Below are positions 1 to 9,196 of a DNA stretch of 64,000 nucleotides, piece after piece. A model generated the notes under the pieces. That model did not search any database, had not been told where the DNA came from, and saw nothing but the letters and a program-made list of their open reading frames with translations. Origin of the DNA: Bdellovibrionales bacterium (GTDB lineage: Bacteria > Bdellovibrionota > Bdellovibrionia > Bdellovibrionales > Bdellovibrionaceae); assembly GCA_038323665.1 (NCBI GenBank), contig JBBQHD010000003.1:6575-70574 (forward strand), read 5' to 3'. Both the position numbers and the translations under genes were made by a program. The stretch's first letter is position 1, and the number at the start of each line of letters is the position of its first letter.

Positions 1-666
1 CATTTAAAATATTTCAAAGGCGAAAAATTTGACGAACTGTTAAAAGATTTCGGTCTGCATTCGATCGACGAATTATACATTCGTTTGGGTTACGGCCGCA
101 TCGAACCGAAAACAATTTCCGAACGTTTGTATTCTGGGCAAACAGCCACCGAGCAAACGCGGGCCGAACCGACCTTTATGGAAAAGGTGGTAAAATCCGC
201 ATCGGCGAAAAGCAAAAAAATGCATTCGCTGATCAGTGTCGATGGCATGGACGATATTTTGGTGCACTTTGCAAAATGCTGTCATCCAATCCCGGGCGAT
301 CCCGTCGTGGGATTTATCAGTCGCGGTCGCGGAGTCACCGTGCACAGAAGCGATTGTCACAAAGCTTTCGAAATGGATCAGATGCGCACAGTAGATGTTG
401 CGTGGACGGTGAAACAAGCCGCCGTTGGACAAGAGCGAGCCGTGCGATTGCGAGTCATTTCACAAGACGTTCCGGGATTGCTGAAATCCATGTCAGAAGC
501 CTTTGCCGTGCAAGGAATCAATATCGACAGCGCCCAAGTGCGCACGACGAAAGAAAATCGCGCGGTCTGCACATTTGAGATTTCCGTGCGAGATCACAAT
601 CAGTTGCAGCAAGCAATTTTGGAATTGCAAAAAATCCGCGGCGTTATTGGGGTTAATCGGATTTAG
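1..666 (+). CDS. RelA/SpoT-family (p)ppGpp synthetase/hydrolase, C-terminal part (5' end lies outside the window)
   Basis: Frame 1 is open from base 1. Conserved RSH C-terminal motif HFAKCCHPIPGDPVVGFISRGRGVTVHRSDC is followed by an ACT-like segment (VRLRVISQDVPGLLKSMSE...). Confidence 0.85.
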   Translation, partial: HLKYFKGEKFDELLKDFGLHSIDELYIRLGYGRIEPKTISERLYSGQTATEQTRAEPTFMEKVVKSASAKSKKMHSLISVDGMDDILVHFAKCCHPIPGDPVVGFISRGRGVTVHRSDCHKAFEMDQMRTVDVAWTVKQAAVGQERAVRLRVISQDVPGLLKSMSEAFAVQGINIDSAQVRTTKENRAVCTFEISVRDHNQLQQAILELQKIRGVIGVNRI

Positions 667-751
667 GTTTGTTTACTGACTGACGGATTTCGCTTGCAAT
701 GACTGGCCGATTTCGCATTTAGTAGCTGGACGGCGGAGTTCCCAAAAAATT

Positions 752-1192
752 ATGGAGGTGTTCTTGAAAATTCTTTTTATGGCAGTGTTTGCGTGTTTTT
801 TTGTTTCTGATCCGTCGGTTGCTGCTGACGCTTTTAAGATGAATTGCGCGATCACAAAAACGGATCCAAATTGCAAGCCACCAATAGATCATTTTGAAAT
901 TCATGGAGATTTGAAAGGTGAGTTAATTTTGGAAGTGTTTGAGCGAGATAAAAAAACAGATCGTTTGACGAAGCAATCAGTGAATAACGGCATTTATTCG
1001 GGTTATTACAAAGTAAAAGCTTATCCAAAGAAAATTCATAGGTTTACTTGGGGTGATGACGGGGACGAAGAACTGATTGCTTCACCGGCTGACGAAAGCA
1101 ACGAGAATTTAACGGCGGGCACGATTATTACAGGAGTCCTTGGTTTCAATGAGGATTTTGGGTTTGAAGTTAAATGCAGCGTTCTTCCGTAA
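752..1192 (+). CDS. hypothetical secreted protein (146 aa)
   Basis: ORF with an N-terminal signal-like hydrophobic segment (FMAVFACFFVSDPSVAADA). No family recognised. Confidence 0.45.
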   Translation: MEVFLKILFMAVFACFFVSDPSVAADAFKMNCAITKTDPNCKPPIDHFEIHGDLKGELILEVFERDKKTDRLTKQSVNNGIYSGYYKVKAYPKKIHRFTWGDDGDEELIASPADESNENLTAGTIITGVLGFNEDFGFEVKCSVLP

Positions 1193-1303
1193 ATATTTTG
1201 TGAATTTTTCATGGCTGCAGATTTGAAAATCGTCATTGGTGGATATTTCCCGTGGAAAACCCTATAGTCCCGCTAAGTTTTAATTTTTATAAGCAGGGTG
1301 AAT

Positions 1304-1771
1304 ATGAAAAAAATAATTTGTTTATTAATCGCTGGATTCGGTTTATCGACCCAGGCGGAATTCTTACCGATCAATATTACTGTTTGCACACCGGTTAAGA
1401 ATTCTGTTGGAACCAAAATCGTATTCAAGGTGGAAGGCAATCGGATTAGTTACGGCACATCAAGTTATTTGAATCCTAATAATACCAGCACACAAAAAAG
1501 TCCTATGGCCTACCAAAGCTTGGTTACAAATGACGAATTGGCGGCCATTAAAAATGATATTCCATTACTGGAAAAAATTCAGTCTGGCCAAAAAATTGTG
1601 GTTTTTGAAAATCCCAGATTTATTTATTATGTGCTAAAATCAACCAGCGGTATCGATTATCTGGTTGAAATCGCGAAAATTTCTATTCATTCATTGATTG
1701 GCGATAGCCTTTCCTGCGCAGATTATAAGAAGTCAGGAAGTTTTGCTGATTCGACAGTCGGCCAATTCTGA
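1304..1771 (+). CDS. hypothetical secreted protein
   Basis: ATG at 1304 gives MKKIICLLIAGFGLSTQA, a signal peptide. No family recognised. Confidence 0.45.
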   Translation: MKKIICLLIAGFGLSTQAEFLPINITVCTPVKNSVGTKIVFKVEGNRISYGTSSYLNPNNTSTQKSPMAYQSLVTNDELAAIKNDIPLLEKIQSGQKIVVFENPRFIYYVLKSTSGIDYLVEIAKISIHSLIGDSLSCADYKKSGSFADSTVGQF

Positions 1772-2397
1772 TTAAGATCCACGCTATTGTTATTCCAACG
1801 CTGGTGAAGAAAGCATGCATCGGGTTTGTTTTCAAAACACAGCTTGTTTAATTTTAACCTCTCATCGTGGGGGGAGCGACTTTCCTGCAAACTGGCGGGG
1901 TCGACAACTACGCGACATAAAATTGCAGGGTAAGGAGTTTTGTAACCCAGTTCCTTCATCATTATTCCCCATTTTTTTTGAAAATAGTCATAAGCATAAT
2001 TTCTAGATAAGGCATTGCCAAGATCATCGACACTATTGTCTTTTCCCTGCAGCCACATCGTATAAGGATAGGCAGAGTCTTCTGAACTCAAATTAAATAC
2101 CAGGGCAACCGTAGAAGTAGAAACTGGAAAATCAGATTTATATTCCGAGCTTAATCGCCAATCGCTGCCAGCTTTCGATTTATCCCATTTTGTATTTTGG
2201 CGAGTTTCAAAAACATTATAGGCCAATCCTGCATCTGTAAAAACTAAAGCAAAATTTTTGGGTGCAGTTTCTACAACTTGCAGAGTTTGCGCCGTTTTTG
2301 TTTTACATTCAGCGATGATTTTTACATTCGTAATTTGCGCCAAAAGGCTTTGCGATAAAAGCATTGATAAAGTGACGGCCAAAATATTTGTTTTCAT
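1723..2397 (-). CDS. hypothetical secreted protein (224 aa)
   Basis: ORF with signal peptide MKTNILAVTLSMLLSQSLLAQ. Its 3' end overlaps the convergent ORF 1304..1771 by 49 nt. Confidence 0.5.
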   Translation of the reverse strand: MKTNILAVTLSMLLSQSLLAQITNVKIIAECKTKTAQTLQVVETAPKNFALVFTDAGLAYNVFETRQNTKWDKSKAGSDWRLSSEYKSDFPVSTSTVALVFNLSSEDSAYPYTMWLQGKDNSVDDLGNALSRNYAYDYFQKKWGIMMKELGYKTPYPAILCRVVVDPASLQESRSPHDERLKLNKLCFENKPDACFLHQRWNNNSVDLNQNWPTVESAKLPDFL

Positions 2398-2472
2398 AAG
2401 ATCTCCTGCTGTCTGTTGCTATGTTGAATGCAAAGCAGAGTCAAGTTTGGCTTGAATGGGTTTTCGGGATAG

Positions 2473-3207
2473 CTAAAAATTACTTCTTTGGGCAGAGATT
2501 TGAAACAATTTCTGATCCTCTACTCGAGGCAAAACTCGACTAATGCGAAAGATGGCATTTTCCATTTTTCTAAAAAAACCGATTTGATTCAACAGCGGAT
2601 TCAGCCAGCCCGTGGTCATACAGTATTGGCGATCAAAACTGCCCTGGTGGTGGCCCGCATGATGTTGTTTGGAAAGAATAATATTTTTACTTTGCAGAAC
2701 TTGAATTAGCTTGGGAACCCTCACCGAATGCGACCATTTGTGAAATTGCCCGGTTAAAATACTCATGCAGCAAAACTGAATAAAAACACAGACACCAGAA
2801 ATTGCATAAATGGATGTTAAATCCAAAAAAACGCAGACAAATAAAAATGGCAGCGACAACAGAGCGGTTGCCCCATTCAGCTCGATAAAATCATGACGGG
2901 TGATCGCCGACGGATCCACATGATGTTCGCGAAAACTGCGAATCAGCGAATTCCCAATCACCGGCCAGTGCAAAGAACCATAAGTATCAGCAAACCAATG
3001 CACAAGACCAGATACAAAATCAGAAATTAAAATAGCCAAAATCCCACATAGGAAAAACACCCAAAGTTGATGCTGCAGCAAAGAAATAATTTTATAAAAT
3101 AAATAGGCAAGGTTTAAGCCCATCAGGCTTAAGGATAAGATTTCAGTTCCCCGCATCCAGGGGGAGTATCTAGACAGTTCGGTTTTCAGATTACAAGTTT
3201 TGTTCAC
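2473..3207 (-). CDS. carF: CarF/PEDS1 (TMEM189) family membrane lipid desaturase, putative plasmanylethanolamine desaturase
   Basis: Family-specific His motifs and surrounding residues are present: DFVSGLVHWFADTYGS, FREHHVDPSAITRHDFIELNG, QFHKWSH, ILSKQHHAGHH, YCMTTGWLNPL. The protein is polytopic and hydrophobic. Confidence 0.8.
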   Translation of the reverse strand: MNKTCNLKTELSRYSPWMRGTEILSLSLMGLNLAYLFYKIISLLQHQLWVFFLCGILAILISDFVSGLVHWFADTYGSLHWPVIGNSLIRSFREHHVDPSAITRHDFIELNGATALLSLPFLFVCVFLDLTSIYAISGVCVFIQFCCMSILTGQFHKWSHSVRVPKLIQVLQSKNIILSKQHHAGHHQGSFDRQYCMTTGWLNPLLNQIGFFRKMENAIFRISRVLPRVEDQKLFQISAQRSNF

Positions 3208-3264
3208 TTTATTATTGTAGGTAAATGCAAATCAAAAATAAAGTGTTTCGTTTGGTTTAAGAGA

Positions 3265-4521
3265 TTAATTAAATCCTAAATGATGAAAAGCTTGCGTGAA
3301 ATATTCCGGATAAAAATAATAAAGTATGGCTGTTATTCCGGCCTTGCGTAATTCTTTGGGCATAAATAAAGAATGTAGAGTTATGGAAGTAGTAAGTGAA
3401 ATGGGACCATAATTTGAAGCATGTGCAATTTTAGCTACAAATAGAGGTTTGATTAAATCAGCCGACTGAAGGGAGTTGATAAGAACTGAGATTGTTCGGG
3501 TATCATTGTTATTCGATATGTTCTGAAGTCTTTGTTTTAATTCGCTGATAAGTTGTGATCTTTGGTAAGGACTCATTCTTGACATCAATTCCCAAGTTGC
3601 GCCGATTGCGGCTCGCTCTGCAAAATAGCGATAGGGGATGATGATGATCTCTCCGGCAGGAACCCATCTTCTTGTCATCGCAATAATATACTGTTTAATC
3701 CAAGAAAGTGGTCCAGCGCCGCCAACCAAATGCCGCGACTCATGCACCAGTGCCAGCATACCTATGATATTCATAAACCTATTCGGCATTAGAATTTTTC
3801 TAAATACGGGTGCAGCAGCAGGCCCATTTTCAGAGGGTAACCAGTTTTTCATCGATATTTGATCTAAAATCCTATCTGTTGAAGCAGAGGAACGCGGCGC
3901 CATTCTTACCTCAATCAATCTCTTAGTTGCTCCTTCGATAGATCCTTGATTAAGAAGTGTTTTAATTTCTTGATCAAACTGTGCAGGCATTAGCCATGGA
4001 ATACCAACTAGTTCTTGAACTTTAAACAAAGCTTCATAGGCTGCTTTCGCAGCAGAGATTAAAGGGAATAGAAGTATTTTCAATCGATTTTGTTGGGATT
4101 TTTTTACTCCGACAACTTCGTTTTTTATCAATAAGCGGATTTCGGCAGCAGTTAAAGTAGGCACGCCTTTTAAGATCAATCCTTTGCGAAGATTCTGCTT
4201 AAAAGTATAATTGCCTACGTGAGCAAAATTGATTCCATCCGCACCAATTTCATCAAATCCATAAAGATGCGCAGCAGAAATCGCAATCATTTCATCTTCG
4301 GATAATTCGCGCTTCAAAACATCTCGCGCTTTTGCAAGTGTCAGTTCTTGATTCGTTAAAAGTTCTTGAATATTTTCAATCTTGGCAACCTCTGCAGCAA
4401 GATACTGCCCATTCTTGGCCTTATCGTGCGAATAAAGTTCAGCACAAACTTCCGAAACTGCAGCCAAAGAATTACAGCAATAAGCAGAAAAAAATATAAA
4501 CAAAACAAAAAACTTATCCAT
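3265..4521 (-). CDS. hypothetical secreted protein (~418 aa)
   Basis: Long ORF. The internal ATG at 4521 gives signal peptide MDKFFVLFIFFSAYCCNSLAA. The 30 codons upstream in the track ORF look like non-coding read-through. Confidence 0.5.
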   Translation of the reverse strand: MDKFFVLFIFFSAYCCNSLAAVSEVCAELYSHDKAKNGQYLAAEVAKIENIQELLTNQELTLAKARDVLKRELSEDEMIAISAAHLYGFDEIGADGINFAHVGNYTFKQNLRKGLILKGVPTLTAAEIRLLIKNEVVGVKKSQQNRLKILLFPLISAAKAAYEALFKVQELVGIPWLMPAQFDQEIKTLLNQGSIEGATKRLIEVRMAPRSSASTDRILDQISMKNWLPSENGPAAAPVFRKILMPNRFMNIIGMLALVHESRHLVGGAGPLSWIKQYIIAMTRRWVPAGEIIIIPYRYFAERAAIGATWELMSRMSPYQRSQLISELKQRLQNISNNNDTRTISVLINSLQSADLIKPLFVAKIAHASNYGPISLTTSITLHSLFMPKELRKAGITAILYYFYPEYFTQAFHHLGFN

Positions 4522-4729
4522 AAAAAAACCTCTATCTAAAAATAAAACTTCAAAAAATATATTACTATCAATAGAAAATCCCAGCAAATTTAAGAAGAAA
4601 AAATAACCCATAATGAAAAAAGACTCAAATCCGTCAAAAAGTTAGACAGAAAAAAATTTCATTCACAGAAAAACAAAATGCCGCTGCCATCGAATCCAAA
4701 TAAAAAGATCAGCAATGTAAATTTATAAT

Positions 4730-4956
4730 TTTCGGGTTTTAAGTTAGAGTTTACTAATTAGTATTTTTAATTCTTAAGTCTGCACCGCTAGGGCTGGGCG
4801 TTTTCCGCAAATACCTCAAAAAAGCGGGACGCGTCCGCCGTAACCGGCGGTTTTTGGAGGGCAGGAGCCCGCGTTTTGCGGAAAGCGCCCAGCCCTAGCG
4901 GTGCAGACTTAAGAATTAAAAATACTAATTAGTAAACTCTAACTTAAAACCCGAAA
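4730..4956. repeat. long-hairpin element, copy 1 (90-nt conserved core at 4799-4888, inverted relative to copies 2 and 3; ~70-bp perfect inverted arms)
   Basis: Left arm tttcgggttttaagttagag...gctagggctgggcg is the exact reverse complement of the right arm. The core matches the cores at 27384-27473 and 44726-44815. Confidence 0.9.
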
Positions 4957-4980
4957 CTCCAAATTATATTGCAGATCTTT

Positions 4981-5388
4981 TTACTTGGGTTCGATGATCA
5001 GGCGGATGCCTTCGACTTTGCGGATGCGAAACAACTGCCCCTTACGAATCGGCAGTTTGCTGAAGACTTTCCAGCGAGCACCTTTGTAAATCATATGCGA
5101 TTCAATTTCTGCTTCCATGTCTTTATCGCTGACGATGCCTTCGGGAAATTCTTCGGCCGAAGTTTTGCCGTCGGGTAAAATAAATCGGTTTAAAAAGAAA
5201 ACTCCCAAAATGGAAAACAAACTGAATAAGGTGATTTGGCCGGTCAGGGAAACAAAACCCATTGAGCTAGAAATGGCGGTCAGCAATGCGGCCAGGCCCA
5301 AAAACAGCAAATGCAAATTGCCGCCGAATGCTTCTGCGGAAATCATTGAAATGCCGATGGTAAGCCAAAGCCAAATACTCCAGTCCAT
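4981..5388 (-). CDS. NfeD-family membrane protein
   Basis: Hydrophobic N-terminal half plus a C-terminal OB-like tail (YKGARWKVFSKLPIRKGQLFRIRKVEGIRLIIEP), as is typical of NfeD. Confidence 0.65.
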   Translation of the reverse strand: MDWSIWLWLTIGISMISAEAFGGNLHLLFLGLAALLTAISSSMGFVSLTGQITLFSLFSILGVFFLNRFILPDGKTSAEEFPEGIVSDKDMEAEIESHMIYKGARWKVFSKLPIRKGQLFRIRKVEGIRLIIEPK

Positions 5389-5430
5389 TTCCTATTATTC
5401 CTACCATTTCTGTGTGTGAGTCAAAGAAGA

Positions 5431-6318
5431 TCAAAAACTTTTGGCCCAGCCCGCGCGAATTGTAAGAATGCTAGCCTTAACCGTGCTGGACGAGGGAAAA
5501 GCACCATACTCGATGCTGACAGGGAATTGAGTTTTAGGACTCAGTGCAAAATTTGCACCGATAGCGCCGCCATAAACTTGGTTTGTTGAAATTTGCGCGG
5601 TGTCTAGCACGGTGCTGGATTTGCTCATCGCGGTCAGAAATCCAAAGACTGGTCCAGCCCAATATTGATTGTTTCTGGGTTGAAAATAAAATCGGCCCAC
5701 AGCGTATAAAGACAAGTAGGTAACGGCAAAAGTGCAATCAGTGGTGTTGGAACAATAGGGGGTTTCTGCAGGTAAATGTCCTGTTCCATTGATTTGATCA
5801 AAACCACCTAAAAGTCGGATGGCGAAAAACGAGCTCCATTCGCGGTCATAGAATCCAGAAATGCCAAAAGAACTTCCGGTTAAATTGGCCGTCACATTCC
5901 CAGCAGCATTGGCAATTAAGACCGACATATTCACTTGATTAACAGAACCAAAAAATCCGATATGGCTTTTTTTCCTTTTGGTTTTAAATCCATCATCGTC
6001 ATTGGATGCATCTTCCGGTTCTTCTTTTTTGGGTTTGGCTTTTTCAGCAGCAGGTTTGGCGCGGGCTGTGGTCGTATAGCCGACGTCTGCTTGGCCCTTC
6101 AAAGTGCCGGCAGTGGCCTTCATTCCGCGAACTTGTTCGACTTTGATTACGGCGCGCTTTTTTTGATTGGCATCCAAGGTGATCAATTCATCGCCCGATT
6201 TTAATTCTGATTCGGATTCCATTTCCAACAGGACACGAGGACCTTTCACGGCTTTGACCCGGGCTGCAAAAATGGATTGAGACACTAAGATGATGCTGAT
6301 GCAGATGATGGTTTTCAC
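5431..6318 (-). CDS. putative outer-membrane beta-barrel protein with a charged linker
   Basis: Signal peptide, a Lys/Glu/Asp-rich linker (AEKAKPKKEEPEDASNDDD), a C-terminal half with alternating residues, and a terminal ...GWAKSF ending in Phe. Confidence 0.45.
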   Translation of the reverse strand: MKTIICISIILVSQSIFAARVKAVKGPRVLLEMESESELKSGDELITLDANQKKRAVIKVEQVRGMKATAGTLKGQADVGYTTTARAKPAAEKAKPKKEEPEDASNDDDGFKTKRKKSHIGFFGSVNQVNMSVLIANAAGNVTANLTGSSFGISGFYDREWSSFFAIRLLGGFDQINGTGHLPAETPYCSNTTDCTFAVTYLSLYAVGRFYFQPRNNQYWAGPVFGFLTAMSKSSTVLDTAQISTNQVYGGAIGANFALSPKTQFPVSIEYGAFPSSSTVKASILTIRAGWAKSF

Positions 6319-6402
6319 AATTCAAGATTAAATTAATTTTTATTTAAAAGATAATCTTTCAGGATCAATGTCCTGTATAAGGCTGAGTGATTCTGGACTA
6401 GC

Positions 6403-6789
6403 ATGTGGGGACACATGTTTATAAGCTTAAAACCTGTGAAGAAGCTGATGCCAATTTTTATTTTCGTTGCAAGTTTAATCAGTTGTTCCGTCTACAAAAC
6501 CCAAGCCAGAAAAGATTTTGAAAACCAAGCCCCACAACGAGTCAACACCTCATCCTGCAAAGTCGTCGACCCAGTGCAGGCCTGGTGGTTGTCTGAATTT
6601 CCCGACCGAAAAATTGAACCGATCAGCTTTGAGCAAAATAAAGAAGTGTGGGCAGAACCCACCGCAAAAGGAACCTGGAATCTGCGTTCACTAGAATTCA
6701 CCGAAGTCGGTCACCTGCTGTGCGAACAAGAATTCACGTCCCTGCAGCAAGCGAGAAATTTCTTTCAGAAAGAACAAGGCGTTTTTTAA
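6403..6789 (+). CDS. hypothetical lipoprotein
   Basis: Lipobox-like FVASLISC near the N terminus. The start codon is uncertain. Confidence 0.4.
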   Translation: MWGHMFISLKPVKKLMPIFIFVASLISCSVYKTQARKDFENQAPQRVNTSSCKVVDPVQAWWLSEFPDRKIEPISFEQNKEVWAEPTAKGTWNLRSLEFTEVGHLLCEQEFTSLQQARNFFQKEQGVF

Positions 6790-6823
6790 ACAAGCTTGGT
6801 TGCAAATGCAGCTTAGGCGTAGT

Positions 6824-7972
6824 TTATGGTTTAAACTTAAATCCCAATGGCAATAAAGAAGTTTTTTGACCCAAGGATGCCTGTTTCGTGCCAGGGTAAA
6901 CAATGTAAAGATGATCTAGGTGCAAAATTTTTTGTGCTTTAATCATCGAGCTGGTTACTTTTGGGTGATCAGAATATTTGAATTCAAAACCAATGCGCTT
7001 GGGGCCATTTTTCCAAAAAAGATCCAGCTCTCCGCCCTGATGAAGGGCCCAAAAATAAAGATCCTCAGGCTCGGCCCCGATCATTTTTATGGTTTCTTCT
7101 AGAGCAAAGCCCTCCCACAAACTGCCCAGTCGGGGATTTCGATAAAGTTCACTTTTTGATTTCAATCCCAAAAAATAATTCGTCAATCCAGAATCACGAA
7201 AATATATTTTAGATTGTTTTACTTGTCGCTGAAGGATGGACTCATTCCAAGGTTTAAGCTCTCGGATTAAAAAAGTTCCAACTAAAATATCTAAATATTT
7301 TCTGGCTGTAGTATGGGAAAATCCCAAAGATTTTCCCAGCTCGGAAGAATTAAAAATTTGTGCATGGTATCCTGCCATCATTTCGATCATGCGACGAAGA
7401 CTTTGTGATGGAAGATCAATTCCAAGTCCGCGAAAATCCCTTTCAATGGCACTTTGCACATAAGATTTTCGCCAATCATAGCTGTCCTGATCAGACTTTG
7501 CAGAAAAACTTAATGGCAATGAACCCCGCAGAAATATTTTATCTGCTGGTGTAACCTCGGCCAAAGAGAAACCAGAAACCTCAATATAACGAATTCGACC
7601 AGCCAATGATTCAGAGGACTTTTCGATCAGATCACGAGAAGAACTACCCAAAAGAAGTATTCGCGAAGTTTTTTTCATCTGATCTGATTTCACCCTGAGA
7701 TAAGTGAAAAGCTCGGGCCGCATTTGAACTTCATCAATAACGATAAGACCTTCTAATGGCTCAAGCGTAAGTTTTGCATTTTCAAGCAAATCAAAATCAG
7801 TCGGATCTTCTAAATCAAAAAAATGAACGAGTTGGGTTTTTCGTATTTTGATAAATGCCTTAGCCAAGGACGTTTTACCAACCTGACGAGGCCCGATCAA
7901 AGCCGTAATCCTTGATTTTTTTACACTATTTTCAAGTTGCTTCATCAAAGAGATTCTTTTAATCTTTGCCAT
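6824..7972 (-). CDS. AAA+ ATPase with C-terminal DUF4143-type domain
   Basis: Walker A GPRQVGKTS and Walker B VIDEVQ. The C-terminal region (KIYFRDSGLTNYFLG...) is typical of AAA_14/DUF4143 proteins. Confidence 0.8.
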   Translation of the reverse strand: MAKIKRISLMKQLENSVKKSRITALIGPRQVGKTSLAKAFIKIRKTQLVHFFDLEDPTDFDLLENAKLTLEPLEGLIVIDEVQMRPELFTYLRVKSDQMKKTSRILLLGSSSRDLIEKSSESLAGRIRYIEVSGFSLAEVTPADKIFLRGSLPLSFSAKSDQDSYDWRKSYVQSAIERDFRGLGIDLPSQSLRRMIEMMAGYHAQIFNSSELGKSLGFSHTTARKYLDILVGTFLIRELKPWNESILQRQVKQSKIYFRDSGLTNYFLGLKSKSELYRNPRLGSLWEGFALEETIKMIGAEPEDLYFWALHQGGELDLFWKNGPKRIGFEFKYSDHPKVTSSMIKAQKILHLDHLYIVYPGTKQASLGQKTSLLPLGFKFKP

Positions 7973-8048
7973 AGATGATCTTGTTCAAAATATATGAAAA
8001 TTGCAACTTTAAACTTCAATTTTCATTTTTTACAAGACCACCAGAAGT

Positions 8049-8276
8049 GTGACAGAGCGTGGAGGCTTCGACAACGCCTTTATCGGAGCTACGTGGGTTT
8101 ATACACGCTCGGTTGGAGTGTGGACTCAGCAGGGTGCAAAATTAGTGGGAACTGGGAATGTGGGGGCAGGCGGGCAAGGCCAATCAGTTGCAGTGAGTGC
8201 GGATGGCAATACGGCCATTGTGGGTGGATACACAGATAGCCTCAGTATCGGAGCTTCGTGGATGTTTATTCCGTAA
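8049..8276 (+). pseudogene. orphan C-terminal fragment of a repeat-containing secreted protein (GAxWVYTR..WTQQ..KLVG / SVAxSADGNTAIVGG repeat type)
   Basis: The 75-codon ORF carries one to two copies of a repeat normally found many times in large secreted proteins. It has no credible N terminus or signal peptide. Confidence 0.4.
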
Positions 8277-8315
8277 CCCTGTTCGATAAAATTAATTTTC
8301 TAACTTAAACAAAAA

Positions 8316-8349
8316 TTTATTTAAATTACTTCCGCGTCGGAAGTGATCG
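8316..8349. repeat. 34-bp direct repeat, left copy (tttatttaaattacttccgcgtcggaagtgatcg)
   Basis: Identical to 9486-9519. Similarity continues imperfectly for about 18 bp further. Contains the small hairpin acttccg-cgt-cggaagt. Confidence 0.9.
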
Positions 8350-8605
8350 CATTTAATTCGACTTGAGGATAAAACGCTACCAAGTCCCCTTCTTCGTAAC
8401 GCCGCAGCATGAATAGCTATTTGCCTACGGAAGCATCTCTGCAAAGTTCCAATAGAGCCAACCTCCACTCTGGGAATCATCGGGATTTTGATTGAGCCAA
8501 TTTATTAGGTTTTGTTGATTTCCGATACTTTGGGTTTTCGTTAAAAATGGCGGGGATACTTCCCACTTTTACTAGTTTTTTCTCACAAGATCTGTAAGTT
8601 TAAAG

Positions 8606-9196
8606 ATGATGGAAGCGCATGCAGCACTTTATGAGTTTTTTTTAACAGGACAAACTCAAAAGAATATTAATTATTTTTTTTACTCTTCAAATCGTGGCGA
8701 AGCCGCGGCTCGATTGCCTCGTCTACTTGAGTTTTGTTTGGGGCAAGGTTTTGGTATTGATATTGCGTCTTTGATTGTTTCCTGCTGTGGGGAATTATCC
8801 AATAATAGTTTTGACCACAATATGGGGTATTGGAAGGACCAGCCGGGGTGCTGTATGAGTTGGTCATTCGAGGCTGACTGTCTTACTTTAGGGGTGGCAG
8901 ATCGAGGGCGCGGAATTGTTAAATCCTTGCAAGAAATCGCAGGTGCAAATCATGATGCAAAAGAAGTTCTAAAAATTGCTTGGGAAAAAGTAATATCTGG
9001 TCGTGCTCCGGAAAAGCGAGGAAATGGGCTTAAGTTCACTCGTAAACAAATTTTATCTTCAAATAAAAATTCGCTGATATGTTTTTCTAATCATTGCATT
9101 TATCAAGTGGGAATTCCGAAACATCCAGCTGTGACAAAGCTATCCGAATCACAAGATAATGGAGTATTAACATACTTACAGTGGGCACTAAAATGA
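8606..9196 (+). CDS. GHKL-type (histidine-kinase-like / anti-sigma-kinase-like) ATPase
   Basis: N-box-like ELSNNSFDH, G1-like VADRGRGI and G2-like GNGLKF in the expected order. About 196 aa, the size of SpoIIAB/RsbW. Confidence 0.6.
   Translation: MMEAHAALYEFFLTGQTQKNINYFFYSSNRGEAAARLPRLLEFCLGQGFGIDIASLIVSCCGELSNNSFDHNMGYWKDQPGCCMSWSFEADCLTLGVADRGRGIVKSLQEIAGANHDAKEVLKIAWEKVISGRAPEKRGNGLKFTRKQILSSNKNSLICFSNHCIYQVGIPKHPAVTKLSESQDNGVLTYLQWALK

Noticed and set aside
1723-1771. The 49-nt convergent overlap of two secreted-protein ORFs as a regulatory antisense arrangement
   Set aside because: Neither ORF has a recognisable family and the true 3' ends are uncertain, so there is too little evidence to treat the overlap as meaningful.
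4730-4956. Hairpin elements read as ordinary Rho-independent terminators
   Set aside because: The stems are 60-90 bp around a 90-nt structured core, far longer than terminator hairpins, and no U-tract follows on either strand. They may still block transcription, but that does not explain the conserved core.
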